From assembly GCA_012295275.1 (NCBI GenBank), contig CM022679.1, positions 18,662,001-18,726,000 of the forward strand: a stretch of DNA of 64,000 nt. Direction: 5' to 3'. This DNA is from Chrysomallon squamiferum (Eukaryota > Animalia > Mollusca). Positions 1-13,593 of this stretch are shown here, in pieces. Below the pieces are notes generated by a model, which worked only from the letters and a program-made list of their open reading frames with translations, was not told the DNA's origin and made no database searches. The first letter of the stretch is position 1, and each line of letters opens with the position of its first letter. The position numbers were made by a program, and so were the translations under genes.

Positions 1-40
1 ACCAATATTAACCGAAGTCTATAAATATGTAATAAAAACA

Positions 41-180
<140 letters not shown>

Positions 181-1255
181 GTTTAATGTGGACATAGGTA
201 TTAAGAATTCTACTGCCCTTTGGACTTTGATTTAAATCAGTTTCGCACGGAGAAAAATAAATTTTGACATAATTATTTTATTTTGTTAGTTTTCTTCATT
301 TCTTAGCATATGGAATGCTTTCGTCTTTTCAGACATTTTTTGATGGCATTCCTAATTTATATGGTTGACAGCAAAGACGCAATATGTTCAGATGAAACAT
401 CAAACATATGATATACTTAAAACCAAACAAATTTTCAAAACTTGGCATTTTGTCAAAGCAGTATTGCTAATTTGATCATTTCAGCTACGAACAATCGCAT
501 TCATAATATATTAAATTATTAACGCCAATTTATATAGCATAAACAAACTATTAACAGTAACTGTTATTTGTGATAATATAGTTCAATGATTTGTTTATAA
601 TTAAAAACTCGTGAACTTGTTAGTCGTATTAATTTGAATATGTCAGTGATACGAAGGCTGGTCATCCGTCCATACGTGTGATCAGTGCCAGGTCAGCATA
701 CGTTTATGGATGGACCATACACGTGTTTCATGTATTTATAAATATCTATCCATCAGTCCAATTATATCTCTCTAACCATCCATCCATCCATCTCTCTGTT
801 TATCTATCTGCCTTTGTCAAAATGAAATGATTCTTAAATGACTTTTTTTCTTTGTCTTTTATGATCTAAACCAGAAATTAAACCCTAAAAAAGTAACTAT
901 ATGTGTGTATATGTATGTGTGTGTGTGTGAATAATAAGTAATTTATTGAAGTAAATACAGTTCCATCCCCCAGTAAATACAGTTCAATCTGACATTGGTC
1001 AGTGCCCGAAAATATAGACATTTATCCAGTCATCATGTTGTGCCAAAACATAGAGTGATTGCAGAATATATATATATATATATATATGTGTATGTATGTA
1101 AATCTGGACTGGTACTTTTGAACTGATTTTACGGTAAAGTTATTTGAAAGATGGGTATCAGATGCATGGATAGTGACCCAGTTTCAGAGCGTGCAACTGC
1201 GCTATTTTCGGTAGATTCGCTTCTAAAAATATATATATATATTTTTTTTTTCTGA

Positions 1256-1307
<52 letters not shown>

Positions 1308-2971
1308 TTCTTGTTGTTAATTTACACGACATCATCAACATTAGCTGAACAATATATTTTTTCTGTTATTTAGTTTGTTTATAATATTATTATATTTTAT
1401 TATTTTTATTATTATTTTTTTTTTTACACCTATGATTATGTGTTTCACCTATGATTATGTGTTTTACAGCTTGTTAACAAGATCTCAACGAAAGTTCATA
1501 CAGCGGTTAAGATAATGTGTTAAGTTCACAAGCTGTAATTATCAGAAAATAATGACAAACAGCTTATGAAGATATACAGCAAGGTTTTGACAAAATAATA
1601 ATAATAATTATAGTACAGTAATCACAAATGGCGTGGAGGACAAGTAAGTCAACTGATGTCTGGATGTGCGTTGTGTGTGCTGTGAAAATTATTAAGGTAT
1701 TTGTAAACTTCTTACACAGGACACAGTATTGTATCTGACCAAAGTATTCATCATTTGCTATGTTTCTTGATAATATGGCGGAAGGAAATAACCAGTTATT
1801 GCAATCATTATTTACTGCGCAAAGCAATCGTCTAGTACCCACGTGTACGAATGTTTCGATCTGTAATCAGTCTCCTGTTTCAGTTGACAGTAATAACTGA
1901 ATAGGTGACCAGAATGTTTGATTAAACTGACATTTATATGCGCTTATGTTTATACTTCCTTCGGACAACTGATAACCCCATTAAAAAACAACAACAACAA
2001 CATCTAAATAATATTATATTTTGTATTATTAATATTAAGAACAAAAAGAAAGAGAAGAAGAAGAAAAAAGAAGATTCGCATGTTATGCATCATATAATAA
2101 GTAAGAAATTTAAATTCTCTTTCTAAATTATATTTAAACTCGCACAGTACTGAAAAATAATTGCAGTTTTAATTCCTTTTTTATGGTTAATTAGGTATTT
2201 GAATAAGTTGTACTTTGTAAAGAAATAAATATAGAGTGGATAATTTACAAATACGTCATTCATGTTGCTTAAACACAGCTAAATCAGTTTATTGTTCATT
2301 TAAGTACAATCCGTTAAATGTTTTCTGCAATCATGATTTTTATTTTTATATTTAGAAACGTATTTAAATTATCTAAACCGTAATATTTTGTTTATATATA
2401 AAGTCTTTAACAAATCTAGAACACTCGCATCCTCTGAAAGATTTAAACAACATCAAGATGTTATTTAACCTTTATATTTGCTACATCTTCAGCATAATTA
2501 GGTTTGCTTTGTAACTTTACTTTTTGAGTGCGTTTGTATATTCTTTGTATCCAAAAACTCATCCCGTAATGTACACAGTTTATATAAAATCTTTTCAGTG
2601 AATGTACACCGTTTATTTTGTTTGAAATAGGTAACCTAGAGAAAGTTGCAGGTATCCATCTGCCTGGAGGCCATTTGCTTCAAAGTAAATAAAAATATAA
2701 ACGTGTCGTTTAGTAGCAGCAGAGAACCAGCCTTAAGACATCGTTTCATGTCTGAATCTAACAAATAAATGCGAAAAAATAATATTTTGTTTATGCTCTT
2801 TTTCTCTTTATTTTAAAACTTCTCATCATTCTAAATTTACCACGATGCCAAAATGGGGCTATATCCGAATAGATCTGTTTGAAATGATTCGGCTGCAAAA
2901 AAAAAAGATGATCATTTCGTACACATGCAGACAGAGAGAGAGAAAAGAAAAGAAAGAAGGAACTATTGAGA

Positions 2972-3086
<115 letters not shown>

Positions 3087-3281
3087 CTATGACAATAGGT
3101 TAGTCGCTATACCAGCTCTTGGTAAGGATACGATCGACATTGTTACCATCATACGTCTGGTTATTTTCTGATATTTATTAGAAAAATGCTTTTCTAATAG
3201 CGAGTGGTAATTTATTCCGAGCACAGTAATAATCCTTAGTTGAGAAATAATCGTGAACGTCATAGAATATTTCGATTTGTT

Positions 3282-3402
3282 TAATGCTTGGCAGGTTTCT
3301 CTTGAATAATGGTTTATCTCCTCTAAAAATGCTCCGATATGAACGCGTCTGGCGGCACTAATAAAGGCTTGGTTACAATGCCCGGTCTGGTTTCCTTGCA
3401 AT
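3282..3402 (-). pseudogene. Candidate last exon of the decayed CAP/CRISP-like gene (possible ShK/ICR-like remnant)
   Basis: Acceptor ctag|AT TGC AAG GAA is phase-compatible with the 9284-9383 exon, giving ...CSPP-D-CKE. After a frameshift it reads GHC...INHYSRETCQAL, resembling the ShK C-terminal CxxTCxxC with lost Cys. 3' end approximate. Confidence 0.35.
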
Positions 3403-4257
3403 CTAGATATGTCGAAGCAAAATCAATCTATGTCGAAGCAAAATCAATCTGTCAGACTTAATAATGTTTAAATATGATGATGATTATGATAATAATAATA
3501 ATGATGAAGACGAAGATAATAATAATAATGATGGTGATGATATTGATAATGATGGTTATCATGATTATGATAAAACTATAACTGTAAGAAGAATAAAAAT
3601 AAATAAAGTCATGTTGCATCACTGTCAATGACTCTTCCAGTTTGGACCCTAAAATAGTTTTCTATGCATTTTTTCCTTTATTTTCTTTGAACAGAAGGTG
3701 AAACCTTTACTGTTTAACAATAAAAAGAAAAGGAATAAAAATAAATGTAATGGGAACTAGCTTAATATTCACAATGATGAATTAAATAATTGTATGCCGT
3801 TGAAGAGGTTGATGATGATGGTGTACACGTTATATTAAAATCCAGTTTGACACTTTAGTGTGTTTAAAAAATAAACTGGCAAACATTTCATCAGTCCATT
3901 ACTTGTATTCACAAATAATACTCTTGGGTGTCTATTGTTAAAGCGCATGGTTAAACAGTTTCTCTAATATGTCAGAGTACGTCCGCCAATGAACTTATGT
4001 TATTACGGTAATTTGATAACAGATTAGGCCTGTTGGTCGACAATACTGCGTCGTTCTTAAATGTCGACATGACTTCGTTAGCAATAATTTAGAGTGTAGG
4101 TTATGCAAAGCAAAGACTTTAATCCTGTCACGACTGAGCGAACGAACTGGGAGAATTCTAGCCAATCACTGACATTAAAATATTAACTTCCACGACATTT
4201 CCCTTTATGCTTGATTCAAATTATTTCTTTCCTGTCTCTGTCGTGTTAGTCTGTCTG

Positions 4258-6500
4258 CCATACCTGTCTCTATTTGCCTGTATACACATACCTCTCTCTA
4301 TTTGCCTGTATACCATACCTGTCTCTATTTGAGTGCATACACATACCTCTCTCTATTTGCCTGTATACACATACCTGTCTCTATTTGCCTGTATACACAT
4401 ACCTGTCTCTATTTGAGTGCATACACATACCTCTCTCTATGTCAGTGCATACACGTACCTGTCGCTATTTGTCTGTATACACATACCTCTCTCTATTTGC
4501 CTGTATACCATACCTGTCTCTATTTGAGTGCATACACATACCTCTCTCTATTTGCCTGTATACACATACCTGTCTCTATTTGCCTGTATACACATACCTG
4601 TCTCTATTTGAGTGCATACACATACCTCTCTCTATTTCAGTGCATACACGTACCTGTCTCTATTTGCCTGTATACACATACCTCTCTCTATTTGCTTGTA
4701 TACCATACCTGTCTCTATTTACCTGTATACACATACCTGTCTCTATTTTGCTTTGCCTATACACATACCTGTCTCTATTTGAGTGCATACACATACCTCT
4801 CTCTATTTGAGTGCATACACATACCTGTCTCTATTTGCCTGTATACACATACCTGTCTCTATTTGCCTGTATACACAAACCTGTCTCTATATGAGTGCAT
4901 ACACATACCTGTCTCTATTTGCCTGTATACACATACCTGTCTCTATTTGCCTGTATACACATACCTGTCTCTATTTGCCTGTATACACATACCTGTCTCT
5001 ATTTGCCTGTATAACATACCTGTCTCTATATGAGTGCATATACATACCTGTCTCTATTTGCCTGTATACACATACCTGTCTCTATTTGCCTGTATACACA
5101 TACCTCTCTCTATTTGCTTGTATACCATACCTGTCTCTATTTACCTGTATACACATACCTGTCTCTATTTGCCTGTATACATATACCTGTCTCTATATGA
5201 GTGCATACACATACCTGTCTCTATTTGCCTGTATACACATACCTGTCTCTATTTGCCTGTATACACATACCTGTCTCTATTTGCCTGTATACACATACCT
5301 GTCTCTATATGAGTGCATACACATACCTCTCTCTATTTGCCTGTATACACATACCTGTCTCTATTTGCCTGTATACACATACCTGTCTCTATTTGAGTGC
5401 ATACACATACCTGTCACTATTTGAGTGCATACACATACCTGTTTCTATTTGCCTGCATACACATACCTGTCTCTATTTTAGTGCATACACATACCTGTCT
5501 CTATTTGCCTGTATACACATACCTGTCTCTATATGAGTTCATACACATACCTGTCTCTATTTGCCTGTATACACATACCTGTCTCTATTTGCCTGTATAC
5601 ACATACCTGTCTCTATTTACCTGTATACACATACCTGTCTCTATTTGAGTGCATACACATACCTGTCTCTATTTGCCTGTATACACATACCTCTCTCTAT
5701 TTGCCTGTATACACGTACCTGTCTCTATTTGAGTGCATACACATACCTCTCTCTATTTGTCTGTATACACATACCTGTCTATATTTGCTTGTATACCATA
5801 CCTGTCTCTATTTACCTGTATACACATACCTGTCTCTATTTGCCTGTATACATATACCTGTCTCTATTTGAGTGCATACACATACCTGTCTCTATTTGCC
5901 TGTATACACATACCTGTCTCTATTTGCCTGTATACACATCTGTCTCTATATGAGTGCATACACATACCTGTCTCTATTTGCCTGTATACACATACCTGTC
6001 TCTATTTACCTGTATACACATACCTGTCTCTATTTGAGTGCATACACATACCTGTCTCTATTTGAGTGCATACACATACCTGTTTCTATTTGCCTGCATA
6101 CACATACCTGTCTCTATTTTAGTGCATACACATACCTGTCTCTATTTGCCTGTATACACATACCTGTCTCTATTTGAGTTCATACACATACCTGTCTCTA
6201 TTTGCCTGTATACACATACCTGTCTCTATTTGCCTGTATACACATACCTGTCTCTATTTACCTGTATACACATACCTGTCTCTATTTGAGTGCATACACA
6301 TACCTGTCTCTATTTGCCTGTATACACATACCTCTCTCTATTTGCCTGTATACACGTACCTGTCTCTATTTGAGTGCATACACATACCTCTCTCTATTTG
6401 TCTGTATACACATACCTGTCTATATTTGCCTGCATATACATACCTATCTCTATTTACCTGCATACGTATTTCTGTCTCTATTTACCTGCATACTTATTTT
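4258..6500. repeat. 28-bp tandem satellite, about 80 copies
   Basis: Unit ATACACATACCTGTCTCTATTTGCCTGT with a GAGTGC variant. It explains the overlapping YTHTCLYLPV-type ORFs. Confidence 0.97.
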
Positions 6501-7066
6501 TGTCTATTATTTTGTAGTTTCTAAAGAAATTTAAATTTAATCCGTAAGAATATTATTGTTTTTAGTGAAGTGTCTGTATGTATGTGTGTTTCTTTGTTTA
6601 GTTTGTCTTATTTTCATTAGTTTCTTTATTCTTTCAGTTTCAGAATTCTTTTGTATCATAGAAATATTAATTTACAAAAAGTATCAAAAGAATTTGTCAA
6701 GTTAATTATTTATTCTTATAATAATGTATTACGTTACTGTGTATAATCTGCATAAACATTCACCACAACTAAATTACTGATTAACTAACTCAGAATATTT
6801 TATAATTTTACAGGATGTAATATACTTTCGCAAATGTATACGTTAAACTGAAAAAGCTAGAGAGACCTTATTATTCTCTAAAATAAAATCATAGGGCTTT
6901 GTCCAAAGCAAAATCCTTTGGTAAAAGAAATCTTTTGTAGGTCACTGAGTTGGAAAATTTGTGATAAAAGCTACAAGATTTTATTAATATATGACTTTAT
7001 TGTGAAAATCTGTTTATGTTTTACGTTTTTGCCAGACACGAAAACCAGAGACAAGTTATTAAATTA

Positions 7067-7190
<124 letters not shown>

Positions 7191-7884
7191 ACAGACATAC
7201 GACTTACTTCAGAAACAGCCTTGATAACCATCTGCAATTTCCTTTATTGACAGTGTGCTAGTGCACAGTGTTTAGAGAGTACAACTGAGACGTCGTTTAT
7301 CAACATGGGTATCGTTATTTTAAAGACTGTCTTTTAGTCTGACAGTTAAAATTGACTGACGGACGGACGTACGGTGAGACGGACCAATGGTAATAAGTAA
7401 ATAGTGTATTAGAAAACAAAACTGTTTTCGATAAGGATGCGAAAATGTTTATCTCTTTCAAACTTGTGTCAAAATTTGTGTATAAACGAGTTTTCGAGAA
7501 GAACTAACGTTTACCATTCTTAAGAGTTCTCTATACTGCCGATTTCAAACAAGTACAGTTGGTCTATATAAAACTTCTATATATACCTCTATCTGAATCC
7601 TAGGAAGCATCAACAGCTCTGCAGTTATAAACAGTTTGACATAAACCACATAACTTACAGAAAACTCAACAGATGGAACCTAATTTAACCGAAAAAGAAA
7701 TTACTGTTAAACTATGCAGAAATGATAAACATATACATTCTGATAATTATACAGACAATGTTTTATCACTGAAAATTATCTGTAATGAAACTCTAATTCC
7801 CTTAATACGACAATGAAATAACAACATTAGAATTGGCATGTCATCAATTACAAACATTCTGAGAGTAACTGGTAACACAGTATA

Positions 7885-9100
7885 AAATGTCTAAAACCAT
7901 TGTTTTCATGTATCAAGTATAATGTCTAAAACCATTGTTTTCATGTATCAAGTGTAATGTCTAAAACCATTGTTTACATGTATCTAGTGTAATGTCTATA
8001 ACCATTGTTTTCATGTATCAAGTGTAATGTCTAAAACCATTGTTTGCATGTATCAAGTGTAATGTCTAAAACCATTGTTTACATGTATCTAGTGTAATGT
8101 CTAAAACCATTGTTTTCATGTATCAAGTGTAATGTCTAAAACCATTGTTTACATGTATCTAGTGTAATGTCTAAAACCATTGTTTTCGTGTATCAAGTGT
8201 AATGTCTAAAACCATTGTTTTCATGTATCAAGTTAATGTCTAAAACCATTGTTTACATGTATCTAGTGTAATGTCTAAAACCATTGTTTTCATGTATCAA
8301 GTGTAATGTCTAAAACCATTGTTTTCATGTATCAAGTGTAATGTCTAAAACCATTGTTTACATGTATCAAGTGTAATGTCTAAAACGCTTGTTTACATAT
8401 GATCAGTGTAATGTCTAAAACGCTTGTTTACATATGATCAGTGTAATGTCTAAAACGCTTGTTTACATTTGTCTAGTGTAATGTCTAAAACCATTGTTTA
8501 CAAATGATCAGTGTAATATCTAGAGCCATTGTTTTCATGTAGCCAGTGGTTTTAGACATTATACTTGATACATGAAAACAATGGTTATGGGTCATTCCGT
8601 GTCAAATCACCCAGTGGGTTAAACCCGACCGTCTCAGATGAAACTGTATACTTGTTGACTGTGATGCCACAGCACCAAATCTGAAATATTAGCCCAATCG
8701 GATCAGTGGTATGGGAGATATGGCCCACCGAATTTTGAGGTTTTTGGCAAAAATGGGCGTGACCACCAACCTTAGAACCCTCATATCTCAGGAATTACTT
8801 TCCAATCTTCATAAAATTGGTATTGTTTCAACCAAGTTTCATAAAAATCTGAGATGGTCAGGTTTAAATATTTGGGGGGGGGGTGATTTGACATGGAATG
8901 ACCCTTTTAAATATTACTCTAGATGTAAACAATGTTTTTAGACATTACAGTGGTCACATGTAAACAGTGATTTTATACATTACACTGGATATATGTAAAC
9001 ATTGATTTAAGCTGTCTAAAATCAATGTTTGCATATTTCCAGTGTAATCTAGACACACGTAAACACCTGTTTTAGATATTACATTGCATGCATGTAAACA
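7885..9100. repeat. 35-bp minisatellite with orientation switches
   Basis: Unit GTGTAATGTCTAAAACCATTGTTTTCATGTATCAA, forward from 7885 to about 8545. Reverse-complement units at 8547-8586 and about 8915-9005; degenerate mixed units to about 9100. Confidence 0.93.
8589..8904. mobile_element. Non-autonomous DNA transposon (MITE), superfamily uncertain
   Basis: 24-bp TIRs GGGTCATTCC(G/A)TGTCAAATCACCC match 23/24. Subterminal inverted repeats TTAAACCCGACCGTCTCAGA / TCTGAGATGGTCAGGTTTAA. Flanks TTAT/TTTT give no perfect TSD. Confidence 0.88.
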
Positions 9101-9283
9101 AATATATCAGTTAAAAAGTAGTAAGCTGCAGGTATTATAGAAACACTGGTAGTACTTGTATATGGCACTAGTAGCAGAATAATACATACATACAACACAT
9201 ACACACATAAACACATACACACATATATATATACACATACATACAAACAATTGTTGTTTAATGATACTATAAAGAAAACATAC

Positions 9284-9383
9284 CAGGTGGTGAGCACAGT
9301 CCACCATGATCACATGTCGTCCGTGAGGACAAACTGAACAAACAGCACCTCCAAGATAGGGGTATTCACCAACAAGATGTCCC
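9284..9383 (-). pseudogene. Exon encoding the CAP-domain C-terminus and Cys-rich hinge, with a 1-nt frameshift
   Basis: Acceptor gtttttag and donor CTG|gtatgt. Translates GHLVGEYPYLGGAVCSVCPHG, then after a frameshift TCDHGGLCSPP, matching the CAP/CRISP pattern GNxxGxxPYxxGxxCxxCPxxxxCxxGLC. Confidence 0.7.
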
Positions 9384-10083
9384 CTAAAAACAATCAATTA
9401 ACATTTATTTATTTATTTATTTGTTAGGTGCGGTAGAAACTGATAATTAGAGGATAATAAAGAAATTTTTATTTCATATGTCCGAGAGGTATATGCTTCC
9501 AAAAGGAAAGTTAAAATAAATATATATGTTTAAGTTATTGCTATACCACATTATCTCTTGTTAGTACGTGTCAACAGTTTAAATGACACTTCTGTCAGAC
9601 GGTAATTAGTCTTTGTGACATTAAATTAATTGTCATTAGCGCCGGTCTGCATGATCTATATGTTTTTCATTTTAATACTTTTTACTAGTTTCAGCGATTA
9701 ACTGCTTTAAACATCACAGTAGCCGGAATCATGTGTTCGCTATTTTAAGCACATCTGAATTTTCGAAATGAATAATAATAATACTTCTTTGCTTGTCCGT
9801 GTTTATATTTTATGTTTAAATTATAACCCTTTTGTATCATAAATTACAAAATAGAATACTTTTTTGTTTCTAAAATATATACAGTTTCTTTATCATATTT
9901 ACATTTTCCATATTAAATTATTTAATAGACACGATTATTAAATATCTGATCTTGCTTTACTACGATACAGTCAGTTTAGCACAAAGTGATCAGAAGGTGT
10001 TTAATAAACGTGTTCGTTTTATTAATTTTGTAATATTATATATATCAAGCTTAAAGCCGCGCGAAAGGCTATTTGTGACTATA

Positions 10084-10201
10084 GCATTTATTGTTTACGT
10101 ATTCAGTTTTCTTTAATTATTATTCTAAAACCTTAGTTATATGGATAACTAAGGTTTTAGAATAATAATTAAAGAAAATTTAATGCGTAAACAATAAAAG
10201 C
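10084..10201. repeat. Near-perfect hairpin (inverted repeat)
   Basis: Perfect 34-bp arms 10107-10140 and 10145-10178 around a 4-nt ATGG loop, extending with mismatches to about 57-bp arms. Confidence 0.95.
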
Positions 10202-12371
10202 AATAAAATATAACTATCATAAATTAATTGAGATCATTGTAAAGGTTTACAGCATTATTGGTTTTTGCACTGGGATATCCAACAAAACAGCTGAATATAA
10301 AAGAAACGTTTCTATAGATTTTCTATATTTTTAAAGATATAAAAAATATATATAATTTTTATATTTTGTTCCCAGTTAATTCTTAATAAAGGGCAAAATA
10401 ATAATAGAGTTCCAGTTTTCTTATTGTTCTTAAATATATTTGTTTGTCCAAAGAAATTATTACGTCTTTGATCCAGCTTATATTAAAGCGGCTCTGCTCC
10501 AACGGTTCCCTCCCAAAAATGCATTATTTTTTCATATGACGTAATAAGGCGTCATCTAAGCAAACACATTACGTTATTAAATTTACAGAACTTATGCAAG
10601 CTTGTGATTATCCTAAGACGTTAAGTTGGCTGCGGTCGAGGTAATAGACCCCGCCGACATGGATGTTGCCAACAAACTGGTCATCGCCTACGTCTTAGTC
10701 GCAATCATAGACACCACCATTTTAATCGCTGTTTAAGTCTCTTTTGTCAGCATTTTTTTTTTGCGAACAAAGACACACACACACAAATACACACATTCGA
10801 TTTTATTTATATAGATATATTTTCTGAGGTTTCTGAAAAAACAAAAAATATATATATATAAAATAGAATTATTTAAACGTATGCGCGCGCACACCCACCC
10901 ACCCATCCACCCAAAAACACACACACACACACACGTGTAGAGAGGTTGATAATAACTGTTAATGATAAAACCTGACAGCTAATACTAGGGAGTTCACTCA
11001 AAATTTCAAAATTACCGAATTTCATTTTTATGAGCTACGTCAACTCAAAGATGATAAAATGCCTGATTTGTTGTTGTTGTTGTTTTTTTTTTTTTTTGTC
11101 TTTTTTGTGAACCAGTAATTACGTTACATCTTGAAACAAACGTGGCACCAGAAATATCAAATTTTTTGCTGTTCTTGTACATTTACGTTTCTAGTTTCAA
11201 CAATTTGTATCCAATTGTTGTCACTTTTTGCATACTATTAAAACAGACACTATGAAAGTCAACTATTAACATTTTATTAACCACTGTAATGACCTTGACA
11301 TTATTTGCATATAATATAGACACGCACATACCCATTTCTCAACTCAGTGAAAATAATGTATTGCTCCCGTAACATTTGAAAACAAATTTATATGTAGTTG
11401 ATCCCCACTTGATAAAGATAAATAATTATGTATTGTACAGAGTAAATATATAATAAATATTATATTCGATTTTAATAATAAAAAGTGTAACAATGTAAAA
11501 CCAATAGACGAATTAATTGTTTCTAGCCGCTACAAGTAACAACCCAACACCCCTAATAAATATGGATACATTTGCCTTCCATTTTGAAAGAGATTAGCGG
11601 AGCGTTCCATTACAATATTGAAGGGGGTTAATATTTTCATAAATTACGATAAAATTTTATTAAATATCAAAAAAAATGTCATACACATGATAAATAGCAT
11701 TAAACAAAATTAGATTATGCATTTGTAAACCGTCAGTGATTACATAATTGCAATTAACCGTCTTCTGAATTATACAAGCTATTTTCAGCACTGCAGACGA
11801 AAAATATTTGTTCGCCGTGTGTTCGGTATATCGGTTCTAAAACTTGGCAAGTAGTACCTCAGCCCAATATTATTTGGATCTAGAACTAATATAGTCTTGT
11901 TCAGAAGATATTTATTTGCATAATAGGAATAGTGATATCAATTTAATGACATTTTATTCCAGGAAAATTTCGTTTTTGCTTATTTCTTCGAGCGATTACA
12001 GGTTGAAAATAACTGACTTTGTTTTCACTACGATCACGTAATGCAGACAGGATTTTATTTCAAAGTGAATGCTCATTGGTTTATTTGTATGGATGGGCTG
12101 GAGGCATAATCGAAGAATGGAAACGCGCGTGTCGATTAACTCACTATTTTATTTGTTTTATATACCTACAACACAGTATTAATAACATAACATATTTTAA
12201 TGACATTTAATGAGCACTTTTGTTAATTTCTGTAAAAAATATTAAAGCTCATTATGTACAATTTGAATTGAAAAAGAAAAGCTGTTATCGGTAAAACAGG
12301 AATTCGCTTAACGTCATGTCGGTTTAGCGAACTCCCTACTAATACCAATCATAACTCAAACATTGTTTACG

Positions 12372-12424
<53 letters not shown>

Positions 12425-13497
12425 GAGTAATATCATTTTGCAGCCTTCTTACATTAGTATTAACAGGCGCGTGTTTCAATGACGTTCTTCATTAAAAGGA
12501 AAAAAAAAAAAAAAAAATGATCTAAGCTGAAGGATTATATAAGACATCAATATTGCCTTATTAAACATCGTGAAAGATCCACTAAGTGATTTCTAAAATC
12601 TTTAATTTGCTCCTGAAGGTATTTGTCTTCGGACAAAACAATATATGCACTGGATGTAAATGCGTGTGTCCATAGATATGTGGCAATAGATAACCAAGTT
12701 TAATCGTGGTTATAGACAGAAGGTTTTAATGAACAACTTTTCATCCTGGTAATGTTCTAATCAAGTTACCAACACTTCAGCATAAATGAACTGATTAACT
12801 GTTTGCACTGCTTAAATTGCTGACGTAATTCGGAATTTCTCAAATTCTTTGTTTTATATAGAGAATTTACCTTGTTTTTAAAATAATATCTTTTTAAAGA
12901 CAATTGTTGTTGGCATTGTTATTTTATAACAACACCAGTTTAGTTATCTTTTACTAAATAGTCTTCTTCTTTTTTCTCCTAGATTTACAAGCCAATTAAA
13001 AGTGTAAGTATATTCATTCTTGGCTATCATTGACGTTCGACGTAAACAACGCTTTGAGTCACATTTACAGAAAAAACAACTGGGATGCTGCTCATAAAAT
13101 TAGTTTTTTAAATTTATTATTGGATGATGCAGTTTCCGGCGATTTATTACGAATCAAACGTAATATTCAAACAAAATTATACGCCGCTACCAATCAAACA
13201 TTGCCTCTGAAGTCACTGTATTACGTTCTTTTTGTTTTGTTTTTTTTAAATTACTTATTTCAGTACTGGCGAATGTTTTACTATATTTATTTATTTGTTT
13301 ATTTATTTATTTATTTATTTATTTGCTCTATATTTATTTTTATTTTTGTTCTATTAGTGACTGTGAAAATGTGTTTTAATAATAACTATTTTAAAATCAT
13401 TTGTTGTTTGAATATTTATTAAAGAACTGTTAATACGACCTTTTCTTAATTACGGTCCGGTTGTCACACCATTCTTACAACAACAGCAACAACAACA

Positions 13498-13593
<96 letters not shown>

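Noticed and set aside
1564-1842. 92-aa minus-strand ORF
   Set aside because: No recognisable motif and no convincing splice partner; cannot be supported.
4274-6534. Many overlapping 80-240 aa Cys/His/Tyr-rich ORFs
   Set aside because: Translation artefacts of a stop-poor 28-bp satellite.
7885-8545. CRISPR-like regular 35-bp repeats (also 47535-50492 and 52150-52590)
   Set aside because: Head-to-tail repeats with no unique spacers and no cas genes, in a eukaryotic context.
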